Below, in pieces: positions 9,646-19,516 of a stretch of 64,000 bases of DNA. Origin of the DNA: a virus; the IMG/VR virus record IMGVR_UViG_3300045988_166195, positions 1 through 64,000 of that record; one strand, written 5' to 3'. Below the pieces are notes generated by a model that did not search any database, was not told where the DNA came from, and was given only the letters and a program-made list of their open reading frames with translations. Every line of letters starts with the position of its first letter. Positions within the stretch are counted from its first letter, which is position 1. The position numbers were made by a program, and so were the translations under genes.

Positions 9646-9674
9646 TCCGGCTCTATGTTCCCCTTGATCAGTTC

Positions 9675-10244
9675 TCACCACATGAGGCGGAATGCGATCG
9701 GATCCGGGTACAAGCGATCGAGCCTGATGATCGGCTTCACCGCGTCGATTGTGCGATGCAGGAACATCTCGTAGCCAACGAAGTTAACCTGGTTCAGCAT
9801 TTCGTAGGGAACGGGTAGTTGCTGATTGATGGCTTCACGGATGACATACGCACTCCAGTCCTCGGGATCCATGTGTCGCTTCGACGAGTTCAGAACACCA
9901 AGCATCATGTGGCATCGGGAGGCAAGGTCATCGAGCTGACCGAAGTCATTGATGATGTAACCATCGTAGAAGTCGATCGAATCCGGGTCGTCGTCATATT
10001 CCTTGACGCTGCACTTGAAGAAGTCGTAGAGGATCTGGGCTTCCGCCTCGCTCCACTGCATGAGCAGTTCTTCGTAGGGGAACTGCGTAATGATGTCGCG
10101 CATGTCACCGAGCATCATGGACGCGGCAATATGAGCAGCCATTGACGGATACATGTGCTGAAGTGCGAAGCTGCGCAGTTCCATCTGCGTGTCGGGCGGG
10201 ACATCCGAAATGTCTCGGAGGTAAACGAGCTGTGCGCCATTCAT
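9675..10244 (-). CDS. Hypothetical protein, paralog family B (with 12331..12792 and 12976..13509)
   Basis: C-terminus '...LYPDPIxx..W' and N-terminus 'M.G.QLVYLRDI' shared with the other two. Start at MNGAQLV with GAAAGGAG Shine-Dalgarno. Confidence 0.55.
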   Translation of the reverse strand: MNGAQLVYLRDISDVPPDTQMELRSFALQHMYPSMAAHIAASMMLGDMRDIITQFPYEELLMQWSEAEAQILYDFFKCSVKEYDDDPDSIDFYDGYIINDFGQLDDLASRCHMMLGVLNSSKRHMDPEDWSAYVIREAINQQLPVPYEMLNQVNFVGYEMFLHRTIDAVKPIIRLDRLYPDPIAFRLMW

Positions 10245-10277
10245 GGGGCGCACTCCTTTCTGTGTGTGATGTGGGAA

Positions 10278-10910
10278 TTACAGCTGGATAATGAGCTGTG
10301 GACCCGCGTAGCTTGGGTCATAGGTCGGATAGATGACGTACTCGATAAGATGGATCAAGCCGAACTTAGTCCAGAGCTCTTCTTCCCATCGAGCTGAGTT
10401 CTTTTTGGTGTAGTCGTGGTACTCGGGGCGATAGCAACCCTTAGCTTTATCTGCGGCAATTTCGAGAGTAATCTTGTACTGCATGATCAACTGTCGAAGC
10501 ACGACTGCTGTGATGCCCCATGTGGGTTCGAAACTACGAATGAGGTGCCCACGGTGAATGATGTCGATGTTCCAGTTGGTGGGCACGTAGTGTACGTACT
10601 TCCGATGCTGATGGATGAGATCAACCGTGACTTCCACAGATGTCTTCTTGGCAAGCTGAACAAGAATGCTCAGCGTCGTGTACTCATCGCTGCCGTGCTT
10701 GTTGTTCGGGCTCGGCACGTATGTCGCAGTGATCGTATGCGTTGCATCCGTCCAGTCAAGCGACATTGCCTTGTAGAGAAGGTCGTGGATCCTCTGACCG
10801 TTGCGGGGGATGAGCTTTAATGCAGAGAAGATCATGTCCGACGTAGTTCGGTTGATGTTGTTGATGTCCTTTGCGAAATCGAGTCGCTCCGGGTTGGGTG
10901 CAAGTTCCAT
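10278..10910 (-). CDS. Hypothetical protein, paralog family C (with 10936..11571)
   Basis: Shared blocks 'DxDWxDxTHxxxxxxVP' and '..WN.xxI'. Confidence 0.55.
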   Translation of the reverse strand: MELAPNPERLDFAKDINNINRTTSDMIFSALKLIPRNGQRIHDLLYKAMSLDWTDATHTITATYVPSPNNKHGSDEYTTLSILVQLAKKTSVEVTVDLIHQHRKYVHYVPTNWNIDIIHRGHLIRSFEPTWGITAVVLRQLIMQYKITLEIAADKAKGCYRPEYHDYTKKNSARWEEELWTKFGLIHLIEYVIYPTYDPSYAGPQLIIQL

Positions 10911-10935
10911 ATAGGTAAACCTTCTTTCTTGTTAG

Positions 10936-11571
10936 TCAGTGATGTCGTTTGGGTTGCTTGGTTCGGCGTTCCTTGACCATCTCCACGAGGTGATCCAGAC
11001 CGAGACGCAGGAAGGACATTTCCTGGCTCTGTGGCATGCCGTAGGTATGCATCTCATCGATAACGCTCTTGTCGATGTACTTGTTCTCGATTGCGAGTGG
11101 GACACCGAGTTGGATGGTGAGCGCGCGTAGCGTAGCGATAGCAGCGCCACCCGTGAGGTGATACTCGCGCTGATCGTAGATCTTCGTTTTGATGAGATTG
11201 AGGTTCCATTCCAACGGAATGTACCGAGTGTGGTACTCGGTGTGGTAATGACCCAGGAGTACAGATACCGACAGCAGTGTTGATCTGCTCGGCCCCAGGT
11301 CCTCCTTGATGGTTTCCTTCGTGAGGATGGTCAGGAGCGTACGATCGAGGCCGCGTAGTCTATGTCTTGGAACGAACTCTGTGTGTACTTCGTGTGTGGT
11401 GTCATTCCAGTCCATATCGATGATACGTTTTACGTCGAAGTAAGGTTCATTGTCATTGTCACCGGCGACCACCTGGAGCGGTGACAGGAGCGTGTCGGCC
11501 GTGCTTCGCGTTAGTTCTTGCATTTGAGTTGGGAAATCAAGAGGGCGATCGTACATGTGGCAGAGTTGCAT
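10936..11571 (-). CDS. Hypothetical protein, paralog family C (start at MQLCHMYDRPLDF)
   Basis: Internal ATG chosen. The upstream part of the track ORF is Arg/His-rich low complexity. Confidence 0.5.
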   Translation of the reverse strand: MQLCHMYDRPLDFPTQMQELTRSTADTLLSPLQVVAGDNDNEPYFDVKRIIDMDWNDTTHEVHTEFVPRHRLRGLDRTLLTILTKETIKEDLGPSRSTLLSVSVLLGHYHTEYHTRYIPLEWNLNLIKTKIYDQREYHLTGGAAIATLRALTIQLGVPLAIENKYIDKSVIDEMHTYGMPQSQEMSFLRLGLDHLVEMVKERRTKQPKRHH

Positions 11572-11600
11572 GGTTGTATCTTTCTTTTTGTGCGTGTGTG

Positions 11601-11807
11601 TCAGGACGGTCGTCGAACGACTGTGATACGTGTGGCCCACACGCGGATCTGGTCTGCGTCGATGACAGCACCGTCTCCGTGACGGTGCCACCTCTTATCA
11701 AGCTTCTTGCCCAGCGTGACAATGTATGACCCGGTGTCATCGATGTGCATGACATCAATAACCGTGCCGATCGGTAGAGTGTGGAGGTTGATCTTTTGGT
11801 ATGCCAT
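11601..11807 (-). CDS. Small hypothetical protein (68 aa)
   Basis: ORF track. Confidence 0.4.
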   Translation of the reverse strand: MAYQKINLHTLPIGTVIDVMHIDDTGSYIVTLGKKLDKRWHRHGDGAVIDADQIRVWATRITVVRRPS

Positions 11808-11812
11808 GGTTC

Positions 11813-12175
11813 TTAGCTTTCAGGTACGTAGATGATTATGAGCTCAGATGCGTGCTCGAAGCCAGACCACTGGCTGGATACGCCTGAGCGATCAATGCGG
11901 GGGTATTCTTCACCCTCTCGATCCAGCTTGACCCACGGCTCGCCCGTGTTGCTGGGCTCCTTGCGGAAATACCATGGATTCAGGTCAAATGTCGCGCGTT
12001 TGACACGCAAGACTGTACCGTCAGGCAGTTCGTCGAGACCTTCTGGATCAATGTCGACATTCTCGAAGAGGGGCTTGCCGTCGTCCCAGAACTGACCGAG
12101 GTAAACAAACTGGGGCACAATCCCGGTTTCGGAGATTTCACGACCAATCTCGGTTTGCATTTTGATGGCGTGCAT
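11813..12175 (-). CDS. Hypothetical protein (120 aa)
   Basis: AGAAAGG Shine-Dalgarno. Confidence 0.5.
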   Translation of the reverse strand: MHAIKMQTEIGREISETGIVPQFVYLGQFWDDGKPLFENVDIDPEGLDELPDGTVLRVKRATFDLNPWYFRKEPSNTGEPWVKLDREGEEYPRIDRSGVSSQWSGFEHASELIIIYVPES

Positions 12176-12330
12176 GACGATGCACCTTTCTGTTTTTGGG
12201 AAAGTGGAGGGGAGAGGATTCTTCTCAGTGTGATTATCGGAGCATCATCAGATGCTCCAGATATATAAAAGAGAAACAACCCCTCCAATGCACAGGAATT
12301 CCATGCATTGGGGGGGGTTGTGCGTGGTTG

Positions 12331-12792
12331 TCACCACGTGCCTTCGTAGATTACCGGATCGGGGTAGAGCTCCGGGTTCTCAACAATAGGACTGAAGACC
12401 TCGACGATCTTCTCCCACTGTTCGATGAGCAGCTTCGGGTACGGGTAGTTAGCAGGGGTGATGCGGTACTTGCTGATGTACCGGCCCCTGATCACCAACC
12501 TCCTGATGAGATCGATAGGAATCTCGTAGTGACCAAAGTCAAAGTTGTCGACACTACCTGCGAGGTGCTTGATGAGATACTCATGGATCGCGTGGGCGTT
12601 ACGCAGGTAAAGAAGCTCTTCCTCGTAGGGTTCGCCGTTCTGGATCTTCTTGTCGACGATCGCATCGAGCTCGTCATCGGAGTACGCATGCGGGTATGCA
12701 TCGCGCATCGCCTGCTTGTGCATTGCGCGCTGAATGGACATCGGAACGCCGTTCAGGTTGCGACGGTAGTAGAACATCATGCTCAGACCCAT
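12331..12792 (-). CDS. Hypothetical protein, paralog family B
   Basis: Start MGLSMMFYYRRNL after AAAGGAGG. C-terminus 'PIVENPELYPDPVIYEGTW'. Confidence 0.6.
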   Translation of the reverse strand: MGLSMMFYYRRNLNGVPMSIQRAMHKQAMRDAYPHAYSDDELDAIVDKKIQNGEPYEEELLYLRNAHAIHEYLIKHLAGSVDNFDFGHYEIPIDLIRRLVIRGRYISKYRITPANYPYPKLLIEQWEKIVEVFSPIVENPELYPDPVIYEGTW

Positions 12793-12847
12793 GATCGGGC
12801 CTCCTTTTTGTGAAGGTGTTGGAGAGAGGATGGAAGATGAGAGAGAA

Positions 12848-12885
12848 TTTCTATCAATTCTGTGATCGGGACATCGAAGATGTCC
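12848..12885. promoter_or_regulatory. Copy 3 of the conserved ~40-bp element (tttctatcaattctgtgatcggg) ending in the palindrome GGACATCGAAGATGTCC
   Basis: Aligned to copies 1 and 2. Lies between the terminator hairpin of 12976..13509 and the start of 12331..12792. Confidence 0.5.
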
Positions 12886-12975
12886 TACATATACAGAAGA
12901 GACAGAGAAGAACAAACCCCTTCAACGCACAGTGTTTCTATGCGCTGAAGGGGCTGGTGTGAGATCAGACTGCGA

Positions 12976-13509
12976 TCACCACGATGCTTCGTAGATGATC
13001 GGGTCCGTGTAGAGCTCTGCGTGCTCAACGATAGGCTTGAGAGCCTTGACGGTCTCCTTGAGATCGTTGATGTACCAGTCATCGTAGTCGGTGGAACCGA
13101 AGAAGAAGCCTGACTGTGAGGGCAAGAGCTCCATTGCCGTCTTCGGGTCAATAAGCGCTCCGTTGTCGTCAACTTCTCCCTGAAGGATCGTCTCACAACG
13201 ATCAACGAGATCCTTGAGGACATCGATCGTGACTTGGACGAGCTCACAGTCATCAACACCGTGAGCAGCGTTGTCGACGAAGAACTTGTGAATTGCATTG
13301 GCCTTGCGCCAATACATGAGTTCTTCTTCGTAAGGCTCGTCGCGCTCGATGTGATGGTCGATGATGGTGTCGAGCTTACCTTCCTTATCGAAATGCTCGG
13401 CAAGGTACGGATACCTGTCGGTGTATGCCTGCTTGCGCATCGCGCGTTGGATAGTCTTGGGGATACCATCCAGGTTACGCCGGTAGCTCAGGTACATATC
13501 AAGTCCCAT
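12976..13509 (-). CDS. Hypothetical protein, paralog family B
   Basis: MGLDMYLSYRRNL... and 'PIVEHAELYTDPIIYEASW'. AAGGAGA Shine-Dalgarno. Confidence 0.6.
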   Translation of the reverse strand: MGLDMYLSYRRNLDGIPKTIQRAMRKQAYTDRYPYLAEHFDKEGKLDTIIDHHIERDEPYEEELMYWRKANAIHKFFVDNAAHGVDDCELVQVTIDVLKDLVDRCETILQGEVDDNGALIDPKTAMELLPSQSGFFFGSTDYDDWYINDLKETVKALKPIVEHAELYTDPIIYEASW

Positions 13510-13549
13510 GGTTGTTTCTCCTTTTTGTGTATAGGTGTGGGTGTGGTTG

Positions 13550-14113
13550 TCAGTTTTTCACCATCTCTTGCACCATCTTGGTCAGCTGGCGAGCGATGGC
13601 GCAGAGGCCGTTTCCATCGAGCGGGTAGACTTCGCCACGCGAACCTTCTCCTTCACCGAAGAAGTTGCTCTCGTAGAGGTAGATCTCACGGGCCGTGAGG
13701 TCGATGACCGGGAACTTCGGGTAGTTACTATCCGTCAGTACCGGTTTCACCTGCTCATCGTTCGTGAAGAGCGGTGCGTCGTGAGCAACGACGAACGACA
13801 CGGGCTTGATTCCCGAGCCGGTCTCTTCGTCGTCGCCTGCCGTGAACGCTCGCGCGAGGATGCGCACGAAATAAGACTCATGCGTGATACGGTTGAGGCC
13901 GTACTTGCAGCATGCGTGCAGCGCGTCGAGCACTGCGTTCATACCGCCCCAGTGGGAGTACATAACAACGCCGGTCACCAGATCAAGGCTGTGCGGCAGT
14001 AGCTGCTCATCGGGGGTGATCGGCTCGTCACGCTTCCACAGAGGCGTGTTGTTGATAACGTGTTCGATCTGAACACGATCGGTGATGATGACGATGTTGG
14101 AACGATTTCCCAT
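13550..14113 (-). CDS. Hypothetical protein (187 aa)
   Basis: AAGAAGGA Shine-Dalgarno. Confidence 0.55.
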   Translation of the reverse strand: MGNRSNIVIITDRVQIEHVINNTPLWKRDEPITPDEQLLPHSLDLVTGVVMYSHWGGMNAVLDALHACCKYGLNRITHESYFVRILARAFTAGDDEETGSGIKPVSFVVAHDAPLFTNDEQVKPVLTDSNYPKFPVIDLTAREIYLYESNFFGEGEGSRGEVYPLDGNGLCAIARQLTKMVQEMVKN

Positions 14114-14259
14114 GATGGGATCCTTCTTTCAGTGTTTGTGTGATTGTGAGGGAGGGTAGATGATGTATGTGACGGTGGCTGCGATGAGTGCTAGAGCAGA
14201 GATTGCTTCGATCACGTACCACGCAGCGACGAGGTAGAAAAAGACAGTATCGACGATCA

Positions 14260-14646
14260 TCAGATCACCGGAACAATGACTGTCGAGGTTTCGTCTGCCT
14301 TGCTCTCATCGCACAGCGTCTTGAGCTTGTCCCAGTCGACACGGCGATGTTCCATCAGCGCAGTGATGAACCGAGCCAGGTGACGCGACGTGGTGCGAGT
14401 GTGGTCGAATGCGTCGTTGCAGATGCGAATAACTGGACGTGCATAAGGGGCAGAGAACGAAACGTATGCGACGACAGTCCTGTAAGAGTAGACCTCGTAT
14501 TCGTATTTGCCACCCAGATGTAGATGTGTACAGCAGACGATGGTGAAGTTCCCTGAGACGGGGATGATGCCGTCAGGCTGATCGTCGAGCAGTTCTCGTG
14601 CAGCCTTGTCGATGCGGGCGAGAATGGGTTCCTTTTTCTCCATGGT
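14260..14646 (-). CDS. Hypothetical protein, paralog family A (start at MEKKEPILARI)
   Basis: Paralogous to 4688..5077. AGAAGGA Shine-Dalgarno. Confidence 0.55.
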   Translation of the reverse strand, partial: TMEKKEPILARIDKAARELLDDQPDGIIPVSGNFTIVCCTHLHLGGKYEYEVYSYRTVVAYVSFSAPYARPVIRICNDAFDHTRTTSRHLARFITALMEHRRVDWDKLKTLCDESKADETSTVIVPVI

Positions 14647-14650
14647 GTGT

Positions 14651-14851
14651 TCAGTCCTTCTTGTTCTTGTGAGATTGCGCTTCAAGGGGTGCAAGGATGG
14701 CAGCTGCGATAGCAACGGTGCTAACAAGAGCCAGCATGGTCGCAACGTAGTCATCATCGATGGTGGATCCTATCCAGAATCCAGCGACCATCGACATGAT
14801 GATCGCAAGCGTGAATCGGATGATGTGGTGGAGGTTGAATGAGATGTTCAT
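14651..14851 (-). CDS. Small two-TM membrane protein (start at MNISFNLHH)
   Basis: Hydrophobic 67-aa tail of track ORF 14651..15022. The upstream portion is Arg-rich low complexity. Confidence 0.4.
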   Translation of the reverse strand: MNISFNLHHIIRFTLAIIMSMVAGFWIGSTIDDDYVATMLALVSTVAIAAAILAPLEAQSHKNKKD

Positions 14852-14875
14852 GATGCCTCTGTTCAGGCTCAGTCG

Positions 14876-14992
14876 TTCATGCAGGCATCGCAGTACACGG
14901 CCTCGTCGAGGCCCAGGTACGCGATAGCCTTGTCGGTGATGTTGGCGAAGACGTGAGCGCCGCATTCCGTGCAGTCGACGAACATAGTAAGC
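14876..14992 (-). CDS. Unlisted 38-aa zinc-ribbon-like protein (MFVDCTECGAHVF...CDACMND)
   Basis: Found by translating the minus strand. Two CxxC pairs. TAGGAG Shine-Dalgarno about 7 nt upstream. Below the ORF-track size cutoff. Confidence 0.4.
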
Positions 14993-15362
14993 TCCTATAA
15001 GTTTCTGTTTCCAGCTGGTCACAATCTACGGCATGTCCCATAGAACCAGGGAAAGTGATCAATCTGTTTATCGGCGCTGCGAGCAGCGCCTTATTCAAAC
15101 CCTTCAAGAAAGAGTAAAAGAGACAGTAAAGAACCGTAGAGAGACGCACGATATACTGGTAATCGAGCCGATTTGTCGCGTTACTGCGTATATGTGTGCT
15201 ACTGTGGGTACTGCCTTCTCAGGCTCAGACTGTGCGATCGTCCTAGTCAACCGTGCATCATGCGTTGACCTGTTGCGAGAAGGCTGTAGTGACGCCTGTG
15301 GTCAGGCGTCGCTCAGCAGCAGGTCTGTTTTTTAGCTCAACAACAACAGAAAGCGAGGTACG

Positions 15363-17996
15363 ATGACTTCTCGTACGACTAAGCACAAGGGTCGCAAGGC
15401 TGTTGCTACTGCCGCGTTGATGGCGTTTGCTGGTGCTGCCCTCGTGGGTGCAAATCCCGCGTTCGCTGATAACGGCGGTTCCGGTGGTACCGCTGGTGGT
15501 GATCTCGGCGCGGCGGGCAACTTGGCCATCCGCTACGCGTTCTTCGATGACGCTGTTGCCAACCCGCAGGGTGGCCAGGCACTTGTTTCCCAGGGATGGG
15601 GACAAGACAGTATCAACTGGTTCATGGACAAGGCCGGTATCACTGGTACCTACATGGCCAACCAGTTCCAGACCTCGTGTGGTGAGGCTCTGAACGAGGC
15701 TATTTCTCGTGGCCAGGCTGCTGGCGGATCGAACGTCACGGCTCGTGTGGTTGGCATCATGTATGCCACCAACAACGACAACAACGGTGGCGCTGCTGCG
15801 CGCGCTTCTCAGTGGTTCTACGACAAGGCCGAGGAATGGCGCACGGACGGCTACCCCGGCATGTACAACCGTTCGGCTGAGATCGCAGGCTTTATCTACA
15901 ACCTCGCGCAGACCGGTGTCGGCAAGGCGTCTGGTTTGCCGAACGATGGCAACGCCTATGGTGGGCCGTATGTCTCGACGGCCTGTGTGGCCGTCAACAG
16001 CGAAGAGCCTGTGGGCATCTCCGCTCCGCCTCCGCCGCCTACCTACGACCTGACGGTCACGACCGATCATGCATCGACCGTGACCGAGGCTGGTAGCACT
16101 GTCCCGGTCTACGACACGATCCACGCCTCGCGTGGTGATAAGGGCGCAGATGAGAACGTCGACGCCGAGGTTGTTCTGACCTACGAAGGTCCCGAGGGCA
16201 ACAAGTCTGTCACCAAGACTGCGTCGATTGCCAACAACGGTGATACGAAGTCGCCTGAGTTCACTCCGGCTGACTTCGGCTGGACCTCGTGGCCCGCCAC
16301 CGGCGAGGGCAAGAGCTTCTGGTTCGACGTGAAGGTCGCCAAGCAGGGCAACATGAACGAAGCGGTGGACACCGCCGATCGTGAGCCGTCTGAGTCTTGG
16401 ACGGTCAAGCCCAAGAATCCTGTGAAGGTTCTGACCAACGGCGAGACCGGATCGGGTCTGACCGAGAAGGACGTGCTCGCCGCCAATATGTTCTATAACG
16501 CGAACATTACGGCGCATTCTAACGGCTATGCCTCTCAGCTCACCATCACGGACACGGTGAATACCGCTGATGTCACGATCGGTGATAAGGGGACCGACAA
16601 CCCGGATCGTGTTCAGATGCTTGGCCCGAATGGCCAGCGTGTGAAGGCCGATGTGACGATCGATCGTTCCGTCGAGGGCAAGGTTGTTATCTCCGGTACT
16701 GTCAAGGACATCGTGGACCAGGGTAACTACACCCTCATGGTTCCGACCTACACGAAGGCGACCGGCGCTGACTACCGTATCCCGGATGACTCCAAGGTGT
16801 GCTACACCGAGGCTCAGGATCACTGCCTCATCGGTAACTCTGCTGAGACCGGCAAGGTGACCCCGGATCCTGACAAGGTGTGGACTGCCGATGAGGCCGA
16901 GGCCCGTACGACCGCTGATCCCGAGCGCACGAACCAGAAGGGTGTGGACAACAAGACCTTCCTGCCCGGTGATAAGGTCAGCGCTGTTGTCAACGATCAC
17001 ATCGCTGCGTACCTCCAGTACGGCCTCGAAGAGTACAGCATCACTGATGACTGGTCGGATGGTCTGACTTACGTCACGATGGACGGTGCTCCGAAGGTCT
17101 ACTTCCAGGGCAACGATGTCACGGATCTGTTCGAGATCACCAACGACACTGCGAAGGGTGTGACCACCGCGAAGGCGAAGCCTGAGTTCTTGGCCAAGAC
17201 GGCGCGTCTGACTGAGTCCGGTGAGGTCAAGCTCGTGATCTCCGGTCAGTTCCGTCGTGACTACGATACGGACGGCGAGAACAAGCAGCTTATTAACAAG
17301 GGCTCCGTCACCTGGAACAATGAGTCTAAGGCCACCAATGAGCCGCCGATCTTCACGGTGACTCCCAAGCCCGCGATCGACGTGGAGAAGTTCACGCTGT
17401 CTGAGGGCCTTGAGGCCGGTGACCGTGACGAGGCCGATAACGCTCTGACTCTTCAGTCTGCGAAGGACGAGACTCAGATCGGTTTCCTGGTGAAGAACAC
17501 TGGTGAGGCTGACCTCGTGAACGTCTCGCTCACTGACCAGACCCATGAGGGCACCACCGGTAATGTCACCGGTATCGTCTGTGAGATCCCTGCTGAGCAG
17601 GCTGCTGCTGATCCGGCGAATGCCGGTGTGACCGGTGGCGCGACTGCGCAGACTGTCAAGGTTGCTGGCGACAAGATCGGTACCCTGAAGGTCGGTCAGT
17701 CTGTGTCTTGTGTTGGTACCCTGACCGGCGTTGAAGAGGGCACGCTGCACAGTGACACGGCTACCGTGGTTGGTGAGTCCATCCACAACGGCAAGAAGGT
17801 TACTGATTCCGATGATTGGCACGCGAAGGTCGATGCTCCTGAGGCTCCTGCTCCGAAGGGCGCTGTGACCGGTGAGGCCGCTGGTGCGAACACCGGCCTG
17901 ATGGCTGCTCTGGGCGGTCTCATGGCTGCGATCGGTCTGGGTGGCGGTGCTACCTGGTTCGCTCGTCGGAAGGCCCATGTTGCTGCCAAGCACTGA
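15363..17996 (+). CDS. Large secreted cell-surface protein (877 aa) with signal peptide, Thr/Asp/Gly-rich beta-type repeats and a C-terminal sorting-signal-like segment (GANTG, hydrophobic stretch, RRK)
   Basis: N-terminal hydrophobic signal region. C-terminal hydrophobic stretch plus a basic tail. Candidate conjugative adhesin or sortase substrate. Confidence 0.65.
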   Translation: MTSRTTKHKGRKAVATAALMAFAGAALVGANPAFADNGGSGGTAGGDLGAAGNLAIRYAFFDDAVANPQGGQALVSQGWGQDSINWFMDKAGITGTYMANQFQTSCGEALNEAISRGQAAGGSNVTARVVGIMYATNNDNNGGAAARASQWFYDKAEEWRTDGYPGMYNRSAEIAGFIYNLAQTGVGKASGLPNDGNAYGGPYVSTACVAVNSEEPVGISAPPPPPTYDLTVTTDHASTVTEAGSTVPVYDTIHASRGDKGADENVDAEVVLTYEGPEGNKSVTKTASIANNGDTKSPEFTPADFGWTSWPATGEGKSFWFDVKVAKQGNMNEAVDTADREPSESWTVKPKNPVKVLTNGETGSGLTEKDVLAANMFYNANITAHSNGYASQLTITDTVNTADVTIGDKGTDNPDRVQMLGPNGQRVKADVTIDRSVEGKVVISGTVKDIVDQGNYTLMVPTYTKATGADYRIPDDSKVCYTEAQDHCLIGNSAETGKVTPDPDKVWTADEAEARTTADPERTNQKGVDNKTFLPGDKVSAVVNDHIAAYLQYGLEEYSITDDWSDGLTYVTMDGAPKVYFQGNDVTDLFEITNDTAKGVTTAKAKPEFLAKTARLTESGEVKLVISGQFRRDYDTDGENKQLINKGSVTWNNESKATNEPPIFTVTPKPAIDVEKFTLSEGLEAGDRDEADNALTLQSAKDETQIGFLVKNTGEADLVNVSLTDQTHEGTTGNVTGIVCEIPAEQAAADPANAGVTGGATAQTVKVAGDKIGTLKVGQSVSCVGTLTGVEEGTLHSDTATVVGESIHNGKKVTDSDDWHAKVDAPEAPAPKGAVTGEAAGANTGLMAALGGLMAAIGLGGGATWFARRKAHVAAKH

Positions 17997-18155
17997 TGTG
18001 CTAGTATGATCACTGATCCTAGTAGAGGGTTGGTTCAGTACGTGGCCCCCGTGGTAGCTTGATGCTGCTGCGGGGGTTACGCATATCCACAGCATTCGCG
18101 CTGTGATAGAATGGCTCGTGTACCAGTAGAATCGACCAAGAAAGAGGTCCCACTT

Positions 18156-18869
18156 ATGACTGCCCCTGTGATTATGATGCCCGATGTTGACGCTGTTCCT
18201 GCCCTGATCGATCGCCGCGATGTGCCCACGTCGTTGGTTGGTTTCGTCGGTCTGAAACGATCGGGCAAAGACACTGCTGCGCAGGGTCTTATCGACCATG
18301 GCTGGAAGCGCATGGCGTTTGCTGATCCGCTTAAAGAGATGAGCATGAACCTGCGTGGCGTCTGGGTTGAGGTGCCAGAAGGTATCCATCTCGCTCATGC
18401 GGTTGGTGGCACGCCGCGCTATGGTGGCGGTTTCGCTAAGTACCATGAGGTAGTCGACGCTCTGGGTATGGAGAAGGCGAAGGATCTCGTGCCCGATGTG
18501 CGTACTGTTCTCCAAACGCTCGGCACAGACTGCGTGCGCGGCACACTAGGCGAGCGAACGTGGACGGACCTGACCGGCCAGCGTGTTCAGGAAGAGCTCG
18601 CGCGCGGTGAAGCCGTGGCGCTTACTGATGTCCGTTTCGATGAAGAGTTCACCCTCGTGCATGATCTCGGAGGTATCGTCATCGGCGTGTGGCGAGGGGA
18701 TCAGGATTCCCTCGATCGAGCACTGGTTGATGCGTCCGTTGGGGCGCTGGGTGCTGATCACGTGTCGGAAACCAACGCATACAGCCTGTTGCAGCGCGCT
18801 GATGTCGTGATCTGTAACTGCGGCTTTGTCAGCGACCTGCAACGTGCTGTCTGGGATATTGTTGGCTAA
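18156..18869 (+). CDS. Deoxynucleoside monophosphate kinase-like P-loop protein (T4 gp1-type)
   Basis: 'VGLKRSGKDT' P-loop and 'FADPLKE', as in phage dNMP kinases. GAAAGAGG Shine-Dalgarno before the ATG at 18156. Confidence 0.55.
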   Translation: MTAPVIMMPDVDAVPALIDRRDVPTSLVGFVGLKRSGKDTAAQGLIDHGWKRMAFADPLKEMSMNLRGVWVEVPEGIHLAHAVGGTPRYGGGFAKYHEVVDALGMEKAKDLVPDVRTVLQTLGTDCVRGTLGERTWTDLTGQRVQEELARGEAVALTDVRFDEEFTLVHDLGGIVIGVWRGDQDSLDRALVDASVGALGADHVSETNAYSLLQRADVVICNCGFVSDLQRAVWDIVG

Positions 18870-18894
18870 TAGCTGGCCCCAGTACTGCATATGT

Positions 18895-19040
18895 GGCGCT
18901 TATCTGGTCATAACGTGACCGGGTAAGCGCCGTTTTGCTTGATGTATGAGGCGAATGGGTGTATGATGGCCTATAGATGACCAGATAAGAACCATTCATC
19001 ATCTGGTTATGTGGTCCACTATTAGTCCAGATAAGAGAGG
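18895..19040. repeat. Iteron cluster: at least four copies of CCAGATAAG / CTTATCTGG in both orientations upstream of the parR-like gene; centromere (parC)-like site
   Basis: Read directly at cttatctgg 18899-18907, ccagataag 18981-18989, atctggtta 19001-19009 and ccagataag 19027-19035. Confidence 0.5.
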
Positions 19041-19049
19041 AACCTGTTT

Positions 19050-19487
19050 ATGCCACGACGTTTTACCGGCACTGTTCCCAGGCCCCAGTCTCGTCGTTTT
19101 CGTGTCTCGGTGCCTGAGGCCGATGAGTCGGTCCTCGCATGGATCGGTGCGCAGTCTGATCTCAGTGTATCCGTGCGCAGTCTGATCCGAGAGGCGATCG
19201 AGCGGCACGGGTATCGTGACGCGACGTGTTATCCGGTCCAGCAGCAACCGCGTCGAGGCCGTCCGCCGAAGTCAACAGAACAGGCAGAACAGCTTGAGAC
19301 TATTGACGGTCATCCGATCCCTGAGCAAATCGCTGCACTGGAACCAGACCGAGAACCGGAGCAGGAGCTTCTGATGGTTCCTGTCTCGCATGAGGATGTC
19401 ACCGATGAGCCTGACGAGTCTGCCGGTTTCGATGAGGCTGTCAATCCCCTTAACGATATGGAAGATATGCTTGGCGCACTGCGTTGA
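19050..19487 (+). CDS. Ribbon-helix-helix DNA-binding protein with acidic C-terminal tail (ParR/centromere-binding adaptor-like)
   Basis: 'RFRVSVPEADESVLAWIGAQSDLSVSVRSLIREAIERH' fits an RHH fold. Directly downstream of the iterons and upstream of the actin-like ATPase. Confidence 0.5.
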   Translation: MPRRFTGTVPRPQSRRFRVSVPEADESVLAWIGAQSDLSVSVRSLIREAIERHGYRDATCYPVQQQPRRGRPPKSTEQAEQLETIDGHPIPEQIAALEPDREPEQELLMVPVSHEDVTDEPDESAGFDEAVNPLNDMEDMLGALR

Positions 19488-19516
19488 GCCCAGACAAAAG
19501 AGAAAGTGAGTAACCT

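Noticed and set aside
15258-18515. 1085-aa minus-strand ORF overlapping the large surface-protein gene
   Set aside because: It is antisense to the strongly supported plus-strand gene 15363..17996 (signal peptide, sorting signal, good Shine-Dalgarno). Its Arg/Ser/Thr/Leu/Gly-rich composition is typical of antisense frames in high-GC DNA.
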